63,358 nucleotides of DNA, filler included, from Collodictyon triciliatum (GCA_043381765.1; 46 parts of 46 records of this genome joined end to end with filler, not necessarily neighbours in it); one strand, 5' to 3'; counted from the whole stretch's first letter, positions 50,982 to 63,358 are shown. The notes: generated by a model from the letters alone, not told the origin. A program made the numbers and translations.

Positions 50982-51704
50982 NNNNNNNNNNNNNNNNNNN
51001 NNNNNNNNNNNNNNNNNNNNNNNNNTTAATTAATTAANNNNNNNNNNNNNNNNNNNNNNNNNNNNNNNNNNNNNNNNNNNNTGTTTTTTTGACTTGAAAT
51101 CATGCTCATTATTTGAAGCACCAGAAAAGGTACGGTACCTTGGCAATACTAATGCAAAGGATTCTATATCTATTTTTTGAGGTATAAGGAAGGAATGTGA
51201 ATATATGGTAATTGATGTGAATTGATGCGAATATAAGCAGATTGATATGTATGGAGTAGACATAATGAGAAACTGTCCATTGATGCGTATTATTGAGATG
51301 GAGCGAATATATGTGAAAATAAGTGAATATAGATGTGAATATATACGAATTGGTGGGAAATGACATGCGTTGACTTTAGCAATCCGACTGTTTCTCGAAG
51401 ATAGATTGTAAAACAATATATTATATGGAGAGTGGGTGGTGCATCATCTAAGTCGATGGATGATTTATTGGGTTTTTTTACAATAGTTCATGGAGAGAAA
51501 ACAAGAATGGAAAAGCTATTTTTGCCTCTAGGGCAATAACAAGCTGTGGAAGAAGCAGTGAAATCATCTTATTGATGGTTGGGTTAAATGCGATTAGTAG
51601 AATTTTTTACCTTTCCTTCAGAGTGCGTCTGATGTAGTAGGTAATATGATTGGTAGGAAAGAAAGAAAATGAAACATGGGATAAAAAACACTCGAGTGAA
51701 GAAA

Positions 51705-52359
51705 TAGGTGAGATATAGCGTTCTCACACAAAGAATATTCTACCCAAGGTGAATCAGCTCCAACGCGGTTTCTGGTTGTATTCGAGACCGATAAGAGAGC
51801 GGATCAAGTTGTCGGGTCGATGAAAGTACACACATGGCTTTTACGTCGAAGATCGATTCCGACAAGTCCTTTCAACCGTCTATATCAGACAAGGTTTAAC
51901 ATACTATTTCATTCCACAGGATGAGTCTTTTGAGAGGACAACGGGTCAATTTCCTTGTGTTTCTTGCTGGGCGACTCAGACAGAACGCGATACATTGTTG
52001 TTTGTCTGGTATTTTAATCTGAATCTTGTTTGTTTGTCTGGTATTATCGGAAGTGGTGCTTGACCATCCCCTGATTTCGGGACCATGCGTAGCCGGTTGT
52101 GGACTTTGCTTAACCGGAGTATGGATACGCGTTTGTGCTTTTAGAAAGATTTCATTCAAATGCTATTTTTACTTCTCTCGACTTGATGATACAGAAGCCT
52201 TTTGCTCTATCCCAGCAAAGTTGGCCTGTACCAGCATGTAGTTGGGTAGACTCGTACATTTCACAGTTTTCATACAGAACCTTCCACCGCGCTAGTAGCG
52301 GCTCGGGCGTGTTTGGTGGTGGTGGTGATGGGATTCTGCTCTCACAGAGCTGTGCCTTG
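51705..52359 (-). mobile_element. Another copy of the ORF1-like interspersed element
   Basis: The reverse complement aligns with 38003-38415 (with an ~20-bp internal expansion) and 52172-52267 matches 41454-41549. Confidence 0.75.
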
Positions 52360-52459
52360 NNNNNNNNNNNNNNNNNNNNNNNNNNNNNNNNNNNNNNNNN
52401 NNNTTAATTAATTAANNNNNNNNNNNNNNNNNNNNNNNNNNNNNNNNNNNNNNNNNNNN

Positions 52460-53265
52460 CGAATCCTTACAAACCGGAGAAAATGAGTCGTTGGGCATAA
52501 ACTATAGGCATTATAGACCCGCCGATAGTCAAAAGCTGGAAGCAAGCTCGTATATCTCAGTTACTCCCGAAACACCGCGCCTTACTTTTTAATATCTCCA
52601 ACAGAGAGCAGTGGATGGGTGCACGTTTAGTCCATGCAGCAACAACCTCTTCAGAGTGCACCATGTACCATAGTGGAGATGACTCTATCGAGCACACATT
52701 TGTGAAGTGCTCCCTGGCTCAAAAAGTGACAGAATCGACCCACAAGATGCTCTCTGAGCTTGATTATGCTCCCAATCAACTTAGCGCGTCTGGCATCCTG
52801 TTTGGCCCACAATACCAAATGACCCACGACTCTAGAATACTCTGGACAGTCACAAGGGGACATATGCCGTGGCTCTTATGGTGTGTGCGTGCATTCTCTC
52901 GCTCCAATGAGTCACCGGATCGAGAAATCAATGTATCCAGGCTGGAAAGCCTCGTGCAGTACAGCTTCCTGAACAGCCTGCTGAAACACGCCCCCATTCT
53001 TCGCTACTCTGACCGCAAGCGAAGAGAGGTGTGGGAATGTGTCGTGCGTTATCTCCTACAGCATATCAACCCCTGCTACCCACGCAACCAATCAACCAGT
53101 TGGGTCGCCCACCTGACCAACTCGCTATCACTGACTTCTTTCCAGTCCTAGCCTCTCCATGGTAATGTCTTCTCCTACTCGTGTTTGCTCTATCATGCGC
53201 TCCCATCCCGCCCCTTTGTATGGCATAACCTCGCTACACTTTGAATCGAATAAAGGGGAAAAAAA
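52460..53265 (+). mobile_element. 3' end of an L1/Tx1-like non-LTR retrotransposon: ORF2 zf-RVT region, 3' UTR and A-tail
   Basis: ECTMYHSGDDSIEHTFVKCSLAQKV..ILFG..WLLWCVR (degenerate CxxC..H..C zinc knuckle), stop at 53151, tail ATAACCTCGCTACACTTTGAATCGAATAAAGGGG(A)7. Confidence 0.8.
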
Positions 53266-53834
53266 TTCTTAATATTATCTCTGCTCTATATTATTTGCGA
53301 TATCGTTACGAGGGAACTCTCTAGTGTATGGTATATTGATAACTACAAGTGTTCTTCCTTGTATTCGATTTTAATGATTCAAAAACTATCTAACCATGGA
53401 ACAAGCGAAGAAAGAGTGGCAGAGGGTAGGCACGAATCGATAGAACAGTTTGCCAGGGATTACATCACCGAATAACAACAGGATAGCTGATTGGTTAGGC
53501 GGTGGCTTCACCTGATTTCCACCAGTCTGATGTGCGCACCAAGCGGGGGATTTAAGAGAAGGTATGATTTTCCATAATACATTTAATTTTTTTTCCTTTA
53601 TTCGATTCAAAAAAAATTAATGCAACTATTGGACCCCATGAAACTTGGTCTCATAATTTGATACTCGCACAATATATGTTTCTTTCTTTTTCTTTCTTTT
53701 CTCTTTTCTCTTTTCTCTTTTCCCTTTTCCCTTTNNNNNNNNNNNNNNNNNNNNNNNNNNNNNNNNNNNNNNNNNNNNTTAATTAATTAANNNNNNNNNN
53801 NNNNNNNNNNNNNNNNNNNNNNNNNNNNNNNNNN

Positions 53835-54244
53835 GTCAACATCTGCTTCGCCAAGTACCGTAATACATGAGACAGTCCAACCGACGGAATGCGTTCTTAT
53901 CGGGATAAAAGGAATCGAAAATGATTGAGATAAAAAGTCATCGTCATCTCTCATTTCTGGTTTTTTAAATCATGCGGGTATATCTTGTGAAACTTTTCCG
54001 ACTGTCTCTAAAGCGTATAAAAAAAAAATTCATCGATTGTTGGAAGTTGTTGTGATTTCAATATGTAACATCTTGCAAACAGATAAGTGTTGGTAACCAA
54101 ATTATGACACAATAAAACCGTATCGTTCATTTTGTAATAGTCATCCGCATTCTTTACAATCGACTTTAGAGATGTTTTCACATTTCGATAGTCTGGTTTC
54201 ACAGACTTTAGATTCCTAGACTCAAGATGTTTTCTTTTCTTCAT
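53835..54244 (-). pseudogene. Fanzor1 second copy, N-terminal fragment (frameshifted)
   Basis: MKKRKHLESRNLKSVKPDYRNVKTSLKSIVKNADDYYKMNDTVLLCHNLVTNTYLFARCYILKSQQLPTIDE; colinear with and highly similar to 15815-16224. Confidence 0.85.
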
Positions 54245-54360
54245 CTGAAAGTCTTTGTTTTAGTTTTTCCTTTAGAAAACTACCGAGTTTTCAATTTCGA
54301 TAAAACTTTAGTCAATCAGTCAATTCAATAAAAAAAGTTTAATAATAATCAAGTTAATGT

Positions 54361-54650
54361 AAAATTAAGCATCTACCGAGACTATCAAAATGTGTGCATT
54401 GTGGCAAACAAACACACAAAGTTTTTTATAAGTGATTTGAGACATACCGCTGAGAGCCGATTTGGCGTGTTCGAAAGGACGGCCGTTTAGCCCTTGCGAC
54501 TGAAAGTCAGCATATCGACCCCAAACAACATCATTACCGCCGCAAGTGTGGATAATATGCTTTTTTCAAATGCATGTTTGGTGGCAGGTTTATAGGGTGG
54601 GCTCTGTCTGTGCCAACGCAATGACTTGTTTGTAATCTTCGAATTTTTGA
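54361..54650 (+). ncRNA. Candidate structured ncRNA divergent from Fanzor (copy 2, longer)
   Basis: Same core as 16343-16503, plus a distal domain closed by CAAACAA-CA-TCATT (54522-54535) / AATGA-C-TTGTTTG (54620-54632). It encloses a GCAA-loop hairpin and G-U-rich stems and is followed by a T5 run. Confidence 0.6.
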
Positions 54651-55465
54651 ATTAATATTACAGAATGGAAAATAAAATATAAATTGATTACGTAAATAGA
54701 TTGAGATTATAAAGTATTTTTAGCCTTTTTCTATAATACTAATCATACTATTATATTATTCATATTCTTTCTTGGATTCATCAAAGCTCTGGCTGCCATC
54801 AATTCAGATTTAATTCGATAGTTGTCTGCGCAATAAACTGCTATATTTTTTGTCACTTTCGTTGTATAAAAAGTGTTGTGGCTTGAAAGCGATAAACCCG
54901 AGTTCCTCACAACCTTTGTAATGAAGTTTATCCATTTACAGGTTGAACGAGACCGAAGAGAAAGAAAACGATAGAGGAAAAAGAAAAGGAAACAAAAGAA
55001 AAAGAAAAATAAAAATAAAAAGAAAAATAAAAAGAAAAATAAAAAGAAAAATAAAAAGAAAAATAAAAAGAAAAATAAAAAGAAAAATAAAAAGAAAAAT
55101 AAAAAGAAANNNNNNNNNNNNNNNNNNNNNNNNNNNNNNNNNNNNNNNNNNNNTTAATTAATTAANNNNNNNNNNNNNNNNNNNNNNNNNNNNNNNNNNN
55201 NNNNNNNNNCTTCGGTAACTCTAAGCCTGGGTGATCAGGGTTATCCGTTTATTCAAGTTTCGTACCCTTTCTTTCCGTCCTTATTAAAGGCGGGCGGCTT
55301 CGGCAACCGCTCGCCTCGCATGCACGACACAATTTTTTTGGCCGCAGCCGGTCGGTCGCCAAGCAGTGTCGAGTCTCGTGTCGAGTCGACCTGCAACTGT
55401 CGTCTGTAACACGCAACCACTCGCACAAGCAACGCAACGTGGACTCACGAGTACACCTGCACCCA

Positions 55466-56345
55466 TGAAGGCTCTCCACTATGTCGAACGTCGAAGTCTG
55501 CTCCACACAAGACCCGCAAAGGGTCTGCACTATGCCGGACTGCGACGAAGTCTGCTCCACACAAGACCCACGAAGGCTCTCCGCTATGCTGGACGTCGAC
55601 AAAGTCTGCTTCACACAAGACCCGCAAAGGCTCTCCACTATGTCGAACGTCGAAGTCTGCTTCACACAAGACCTACAAAGGCTCTCCACTATGCCGGACT
55701 TCGACGAAGTCTGCCTCACACGCAAGACCCGCAAAGGCTCTCCACTATGCCGGACGTCGACGAAGTCTGCTTCACACACAGACCCGCAAAGGCTCCCCGC
55801 TATGCCGAACGCCGATAAGTCTGCTTCACACACATGCAAGATTCTGTACTATGCCGAACGTCGACGACGTCTGCTTCACACAAGACCCACAAAGGCTCTC
55901 CACTATGCCGAACGTCGACGAAGTCTGCTTCACACAAGACCCGCAAAGGCTCCACTATGCCGGACTGTGACGAAGTCTGCTTCACACGAGACCCGCAAAG
56001 GCTGTGCACTATACCGAACGTCGACGACGTCTGCTTCACACAAGACCCGCAAAGGCTGTGCACTATGCCGAACGTCGACGACGTCTGCTTCACACAAGAC
56101 CCACAAAGGCTCCCACTATGCCGAACGTCGACGAAGACTGCTTCACACAAGACCCGCAAAGGCTGTGCGTTATGCCGGACTTCGACGAAGTCTGCTTCAC
56201 ACAAGACCCGCAAAGGATCTCCACTATGCCGGACTGTGACGAAGTCTGCTTCACACGAGACCCGCAAAGGCTGTGCACTATGCCGAACGTCGACGAAGTC
56301 TGCTTCACACACGAAGACTGCAAAGGCTCTCCACTATGTCGAAAT
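55466..56345. repeat. ~54-bp GC-rich minisatellite, about 17 units (CTATGCCGAACGTCGACGAAGTCTGCTTCACACAAGACCCGCAAAGGCTCTCCA)
   Basis: Direct reading; unit length is about 49-56 bp with frame-breaking indels. Confidence 0.95.
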
Positions 56346-58115
56346 ACGAAAACCGTAAGTCTCGTGCAACCAGAAATTTTATTTTTCGCTTCGCTTTGAT
56401 TCGAGTAATTTGTTTAGTGCTAGCACACGCTTAGTCGATGTTTTTTTTTTTTTTTTTTTTTTAAATTTATTAGGAAATACTTTTTTNNNNNNNNNNNNNN
56501 NNNNNNNNNNNNNNNNNNNNNNNNNNNNNNTTAATTAATTAANNNNNNNNNNNNNNNNNNNNNNNNNNNNNNNNNNNNNNNNNNNNTAGAGGAAGGAAGC
56601 GGTGGATATGACGAAGGTGATGGAAAGAATGAAGGGGCGAAAAAAGAACAAGGTCAGTGGAAAGGGATATTGGATGAGAAAGGGGCAAAAAGCAACACCT
56701 TGCGGCATCGCATCACGGAGCTTAGCATACCTCTTTGATTAGGTAGTGTTAGCTACTTGATCGGTTTAAACAACTTTTGATGTCTCTTTTTGAACTCATG
56801 CGCATATATATACCGGCGCAGCACACACAGCGCACACGCAGTGGCTGCACCTCTCTCGTATGTCGACATATGCATTAGGTATCATTCCGCTGAAATTTGA
56901 TTTTGTTATCGTTTTTGTATTTGTTTTCATTTTTTTTATTCTTTTTTCCTGTTGTTGCTTTCATCGCAAACACATAACTCATACGCTTCATAACGCAATA
57001 ACGCTCGCATAGACATTTGGTTCGATGTGAAAGCTGAGGCTGAGGTTGCGGGTATATTCAAGACTCTCAAAGAGATCGAAATGCAGTACATAAACAGACA
57101 AATACAACGATTCCATACTTATGCCTTATGTTTCATAATCTCTCACTTCTCAACTATACCTCCTCCTTCCCTTTGCCTTTCATGTTGTATGAGTTCTTAT
57201 ACCTTCCTATGACATTGAACATTTTCATGGTTATATGCCACAACATAATTGCATTAATTTGCAGCCGTGATGTTTGGATTACGATGTATTTTTCTCTGCG
57301 TTAACAATATTAGCAACGATATTGTAAGTGTAATATTTGTCTTGCACGCATTCACCCATCCATAATCGACCGATAAATTCATACTTTTGCATATGCTCAA
57401 TATTTTATTTTGAGTAGGATTAATCGCCAAGCACCAGCCCTCTGGCACGCATACTTGTATTGAGCAGGATGTCTGTATACCTTGTTTTCAGCCTCATATG
57501 ATTGATTCGACATGATTATGATATTTATTTATCACTCGTGCTACGTTATCCATTTAATCGTGTTTTTAAGTTTTCCACATTTAAGAACTGAAAAGGTGCG
57601 CATGGTAGAGAGTAAACGCAAGTAGGAGAAGACTACTGTGGAGAGGGTAGCACTGGAGAGAAGTCAGTGATAGCGAGTTGGTCGGATGGGCATCCCAACT
57701 GGTTGATTGGCTGTGTGGGTAGCAGGGGTTGGATATACTGTGGGAGTTATCTTACAACACATTCCCACATCTCCCTCACTCGAGCAAGGTCGACGGGGAC
57801 TGTTTCTGTCCGAAAGACATCAGGTGAAGTAGAATCTTGGTCGGGCCTAATGTCTTACAAANNNNNNNNNNNNNNNNNNNNNNNNNNNNNNNNNNNNNNN
57901 NNNNNTTAATTAATTAANNNNNNNNNNNNNNNNNNNNNNNNNNNNNNNNNNNNNNNNNNNNACAAAAACAAAAACAAAAACAAAAACAAAAACAAAAACA
58001 AAAACAAAAACAAAAACAAAAACAAAAACAAAAACAAAAACAAAAACAAAAACAAAAACAAAAACAAAAACAAAGACCAAGTTTCATCAACAGTTACTCT
58101 TGTACTATATTCAAC

Positions 58116-58911
58116 CTGCTTGCTGGTGTATCAGCTGCGAGACCCAAAGAACCATAATCACCCCCGTATATATCTCCCACGAGCATATCGACATTTTTGG
58201 GATCGCCTTGTCAATGAGGATCATAATAATTTCTTTACTTTTAATATATTTATGAAGGTAATGCAATAAGATAATTGAAATAGTTTTTTTTTTAATATGA
58301 ATACAGAAAGAAATGAATTTTTTTTATCTTTTTTTAAAAAAACTCCTCAACCTTTTTCACTTAATTCCAGCATATCGTCAAAGCTAGTTAAATCAGTGAA
58401 TAGGCGGCATAGTCCCCAAAAAGTCCCTGTGTTTAATTAATAAATTACTGGCTAGTTATTATGCAAATATACACAAGAGACTGAACCACGTTGCCCTATC
58501 AGTAATTGTTTGCTTATAATAAATGCGATTTAAAGAGAAGATTCTTTCAATTCACCTCCACCCAAACTGGTTCCATCGACACGAGTGTACTGGTTTTCTC
58601 CTTCAACTTTCAATATACTGACGCCGGATCCGATGTTTACGAGCAGGTATGGATATATATCATCCTTGTTGTTCCATTTTGATGGTGATAATTATATTTT
58701 TTACACCGAAGTTTAGCACATTCATATAAATAGACGAGAACTTCCCTTCAGTCGAACGAATCATCATATGCATACGTTTACAGAATTATATGATTACCGC
58801 GTTTGAAACAAATACACGGCGATCTGGCATATCTCTTTGGTAGAAGAAAGCCTCATTCGCAATATACCGAAGAAGAAAGTTTAGGCCACCGACAAGACAC
58901 TCCATTTCATC
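58116..58911 (-). CDS. PANK: Type II pantothenate kinase fragment (4 exons)
   Basis: [86 protein letters not shown]. Confidence 0.96.
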
Positions 58912-59498
58912 CTACAGCGTATGATGACCATTAATCAATGTTTCCGACTTGATGATTCCTTTCTTTCATTAATGTGGTTCATATGCTTTTGCATTGGTAG
59001 GTTAAGATTGAAATTTAAAGTTACTATCATTAAAGATCGAATGAAGTAATATGTTAAAGAAATAGAAATAGAAATAGAAATAGAAATAGAAATAGAAATA
59101 GAAATAGAAATAGAAATAGAGATAGAGATAGAGATAGAGATAGAGATAGAGATAGAGATAGAGATAGAGATAGAGATAGAGATAGAGATAGAGATAGAGA
59201 TAGAGATAGAGATAGAGATAGAGATAGAGATAGAGANNNNNNNNNNNNNNNNNNNNNNNNNNNNNNNNNNNNNNNNNNNNTTAATTAATTAANNNNNNNN
59301 NNNNNNNNNNNNNNNNNNNNNNNNNNNNNNNNNNNNAATAAAACAACCAAAAAAAAAAAAAAAAAAGGAATATGCAAAAAAAAAAAAAAACCAAAAAGCA
59401 ACGTGAGCTAAGGGATGAAGTAATCCAATGAACTCTTCAAATTTCGGATAGATTGTAAGGAAAACAGAGTAAATCGAAGAATAAAAGGGAAAAGCTAC

Positions 59499-60380
59499 CA
59501 TCCGTATCCCTGGTAAGATTCAAGAGATAATCGTTCATGAGCTTGGTACAAGAGTCAAGATATTTTTGCATTTCTGCCATGAAAGGCTCTTTAGACCCAA
59601 ATGCGACACCACTAGCAAGCCCCTAAGTTATAAAAACCTTTCAGAATATGCGATGTAATCGATTGAAAAACAATAATGAATTATTGCAGGGCTATCCCTA
59701 TAGTTTCTTTCACATTCGAACACCCTCTTCAACAAATCAAAACAAAAACGAACAATTGCACCTCTGGAATACCTGAAGAACTTTGCTGAGAAGAATCAGA
59801 TTTCTTCTGGATGTTGGCGGTATTGTTCTGCTTCCGTGAATAAGACCTCGCTTTTCCGGATTTATGATGGACGGGTTCACAAATCTTAACCGAAAGCGAC
59901 AATTTAAAATTAGTCACAATATAACAAAACGGCAAATAATGTTTCAAAATTGATCATGCATAATTTCAATTGATTTCATTTCATTTACTTATACTTTGAA
60001 AATGAAAAAAAAAATCCTGTAGGATCAAGTAAGAGCCTTAACCTTAAAATGAAGAATCCCCCAATAAGTGGCGCTACAGATTCAGGTGTGTATTTTCTGG
60101 CACATGACCCGATTATATGACATATTGCTCTGTAATGAGAATATGTGATGATGAGTATTGAAGAAATCATATCAATTAAAATCAACTGGCGTTTCTGATT
60201 CTCGCTACACTTTGAATCGAATGAAGGGAAAAAAAAACTGGCGTTTCTGATTCATAAGATACAGAAGCTTTATATTTGAAGAAGAATATATGTGTGCATC
60301 TAATTTAACGTGTACAAAGTACCGAATCATCCTTGGCAATTTACTAAGAGCCTCTTCACTTCTCAATCCAGCTAGTATCT
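59499..60380 (-). CDS. RasGAP domain, C-terminal part (multi-exon)
   Basis: LPRMIRAICHII..LIGGFFILRFVNPSIINP..RRNLILLSKVLQGLASGVAFGSKEPFM contains the FLR...PAI..P and K.LQ RasGAP motifs. Confidence 0.9.
60184..60253 (+). mobile_element. 34-bp LINE-tail insertion with a perfect 18-bp target-site duplication, in a RasGAP intron
   Basis: AACTGGCGTTTCTGATTC at 60184-60201 and 60236-60253 flanks TCGCTACACTTTGAATCGAATGAAGGG(A)n, which matches the tail at 53231-53265. Confidence 0.9.
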
Positions 60381-60521
60381 ATACATAAAGTGAATTGACA
60401 CATGTATGGTGTAAATAGAGACAGTATAAATGCATGTCCTTGTAAACGAATTCATTACATATGGTTATAGTCGCCTCGGAATTTTTCCTCAATAACATAA
60501 ATTAAGAAAAGGGTCTCATTT

Positions 60522-60579
60522 TGGTATAACCTCGCTACACTTTGAATCGAATAAAGGAGGAAAAAAAAAAAAAAAAAAA
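60522..60579 (+). mobile_element. Short LINE-tail copy with poly(A)
   Basis: TGGTATAACCTCGCTACACTTTGAATCGAATAAAGGAGG(A)19 matches 53221-53265. Confidence 0.8.
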
Positions 60580-60880
60580 GGGGGGGGGGTGGGTGTTTGT
60601 TTTACATTTTNNNNNNNNNNNNNNNNNNNNNNNNNNNNNNNNNNNNNNNNNNNNTTAATTAATTAANNNNNNNNNNNNNNNNNNNNNNNNNNNNNNNNNN
60701 NNNNNNNNNNAAACAAAAAAACAAAAAAACAAAAAAACAAAAAAACAAAAAAACAAAAAAACAAAAAAACAAAAAAAAACAAAAAAAAACAAAAAATATG
60801 AAATAAAATATAAAATATAAAAACAGAGGGATATTTGAATATTTAATTCTTTTATTTACTTCACACAAACACACAGCGCT

Positions 60881-61721
60881 ATGGGGATTGACGGACTTTT
60901 TGGGCTTCTGCGTGACTCAAACTGCTACGATACTGTGCGACTGGCTGATCTAATCCCAGAAGGTTTTTCTATTGGCACTGCTCCAGAGTTTCCATAATTT
61001 GCACCATATTCTCTTGTTACCCTGTTTCCTGCGATAAAAAGAAAAAAAAGAAAAAAATGTCAACATGATTTTAAAATCTTCATCCAATATTAAAAAATAC
61101 GACCCTGTCATAATTCCTGCAGGTGAAAAAGTTGTTATTGCTGTCGATGCAAGCAACATCACGTTTTCTTTGGCGTCAAGGGTCACTGAATGCCTCATCC
61201 CGGATGTCCTTCAGGTGTGTCAGAGTATCAACTTCTAATGGACAAGCCAAACTACTCGCGGATATTATCACCTGCATTCCTTCAAAAATACTTATTTTGC
61301 ATCCAATCACCTTTTATAATTAATTTAGCTTTCGCTTATTTGACTATCGCTTAATTCAGTTGGAAAAGAATATTCTGGATTTACTTGTCTACTCTGCGGA
61401 GGGAAACATCGAACTGCATATATTCTTTGATGGTATATATAGTTTCATGTACTCTCTAGCATAGTTATGTGATATTCAAATAATGTGGTTGTATTTTGCT
61501 TTATAAGTAAATATACCTATTATATGAACTACGTAGGACTCAGTGGAGAGAAGAAAGAAAACACGATGAGGAAGCGAGCTGAAGAGCGATGGAACGGAAT
61601 GAAGGAAATGCAAGAAAGGCTGAAAGCCAAGAAGTATCCTTGCTTCTGCAAAAAGGTTTACGAAGAAAACTCCCCCGTCGAAAAGATCAATACTCTGCAG
61701 TTTGCATCCCTTTCTCTCATG
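60881..61721 (+). CDS. XPG/FEN1-superfamily PIN-domain protein (Asteroid-like), N-terminal exons
   Basis: Spliced MGIDGLFGLL..KVVIAVDASNI..IELHIFFDG..EKKENTMRKR carries the XPG-N motifs MGI.GL, VD and FDG...K..T..KR. Confidence 0.8.
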
Positions 61722-63358
61722 GTAATATCAAATCATTACAATCAATTATTTAATGATGTTTATTTATTTCGCAATAAAGGGGAAAAAAAAGCAGTTATCT
61801 TAGCAAAATCAATCTTGAGATCAAAATTTGCATCCAAAATTAAGAAATCATAATCTTCTATGGCACCACATGAAGATGCGAAACAAACAAACAAACAAAC
61901 AAACAAACAAACAAACAAACAAACAAACAAACAAACAAACAAACAAACAAACAAACAAACAAACAAACAAACAAACAAACAAACNNNNNNNNNNNNNNNN
62001 NNNNNNNNNNNNNNNNNNNNNNNNNNNNTTAATTAATTAANNNNNNNNNNNNNNNNNNNNNNNNNNNNNNNNNNNNNNNNNNNNTTTTTGAGCAGGACAG
62101 TTTAACGACTCTCTCAATACAGGGAAACATCATTTTATATACGATTGCTTTGGGGATCCAGGTATTCGAAATATACTTTCATACATTATTTTTGATACAA
62201 ATGGAAAAATTAAATATAATTAATCATCACATATAAATAAACAAAACGAAAAAAAAAACCGACATAAAGTTATGAGGACACTTTCGGTACTAAGGAACAT
62301 CAACTATGGAGATACATGCGTAATGCCTTAAATTATGAATAATACCATTTCAATATCTTCACAAAGTTTTCATCGCATTTGATATCAATTTTTTTTTTCT
62401 CCCGATAGATTTATGAGAATATATTAACTGTGCATATCACTTGAGAAAAGAAAGTGGATTATTTATTTTCTAGTCATATAGAACTTATCACTTTGTTGGT
62501 AATTAAAAGGTTACCGAATGTGCTGTCCCTTTCGCTGGGCTCATGGGAGTGGTAGGCGATCGACCTCTCATCGAAGTTGATTGCAGAAACAGACAAAGCG
62601 TGAAGGTCTACCAGGTGGTGGACAACTCCAATGCCTGGAGGGATTTCATCAAGAACGTTGATTGGTTGGATGAAGACATAGATGACACGCGCAAATCCCC
62701 TCTAGGGATATCGGATGCTTCCATCACTCTACAAGATATCACCGAATGTGAATAAATATATGCAGATTTTGCGCCAAAGAAGCTAATTAGCAACAAACCT
62801 AACCAACGAACCAAAAGTCACTATATATATGTGGAATTTATATATAAGTATAATTTTAATTGCCAACATACCCATGTAAATGAAACTGTTGCTGCATTAG
62901 CGTGAATAAACACTATCGCACCTAGCGCGGAGATAAAGACAGATCTAATAACCCATAATCCGGCTATTTATACAAAATGGACAATTAAGCCTAATTAGAT
63001 TGCTTGACGCGGTGTGACGCAACAGGTTGGGCACTTCGTGCGTATAAATAGGCAATAAAAATTCCAGCGCGGCTTTGAGCAAAAGAAATCCGAACAAATC
63101 CGTTCTGATCCGTCGCCCTTCAAACACACGTCCATTCCAGTTTTGTCCAATAATCGCTCAACAAACCAATCAACCACGCGCTCTTCTGTGCTGAGAATCG
63201 GCTGCTCGTCACGGCCACGCACCGCCCGACTCTCGCCTCTGTGAACGACGGGCTCGGCAATTGGGCTTTGATTGAGAAACAAAAAACCAAATAAACCAAA
63301 AAACCAAAAAACCAAAAAACCAAAAAACAAAAAAACCAAAAAACCAAAAAACCAAAAA

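Noticed and set aside
55466-56345. CRISPR-like array, or a repeat protein from the long ORFs in several frames
   Set aside because: There are no unique spacers and no cas genes, and units are contiguous. The ORFs arise because the unit lacks stops in most frames, and indels shift frames.

Overview
This window is not one locus. It is 46 unrelated short contigs (about 1.27-1.30 kb, sorted by length) joined by 45 artificial N44-TTAATTAATTAA-N44 linkers, so no synteny can be inferred across linkers. The DNA comes from an AT-rich, microsatellite-rich, intron-rich eukaryote using the standard code (a protist; amoebozoan-like gene content is only an inference). Most six-frame ORFs are microsatellite or linker artefacts. 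Manual splicing recovers fragments of NCAPG2, a SIRT2-like sirtuin, GST-zeta, pantothenate kinase, a RasGAP, WDR27, a Myb protein, a plant-type HNH nuclease, an XPG/Asteroid PIN nuclease, an ABC ATPase, an APC permease, a DUF4442 thioesterase, a small GTPase, a dCache-TM-HAMP sensor, TPR/LRR repeat proteins, two Ig/cadherin-like adhesin fragments and a divergent ubiquitin. Mobile DNA includes L1/Tx1-like LINE pieces, 34-41 bp LINE-tail insertions with 16-18 bp target-site duplications, and two satellites. The best candidate for a new system is two decayed copies of a Fanzor1 (TnpB-derived) gene (15222-16224 and 53835-54244, minus strand). Each has a conserved, highly structured non-coding block upstream that appears to be read from the opposite strand (16343-16503; 54361-54650), with a pseudoknot resembling the group I intron P3/P7 core. 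The RuvC half and the 3' end of the element are not in the window.
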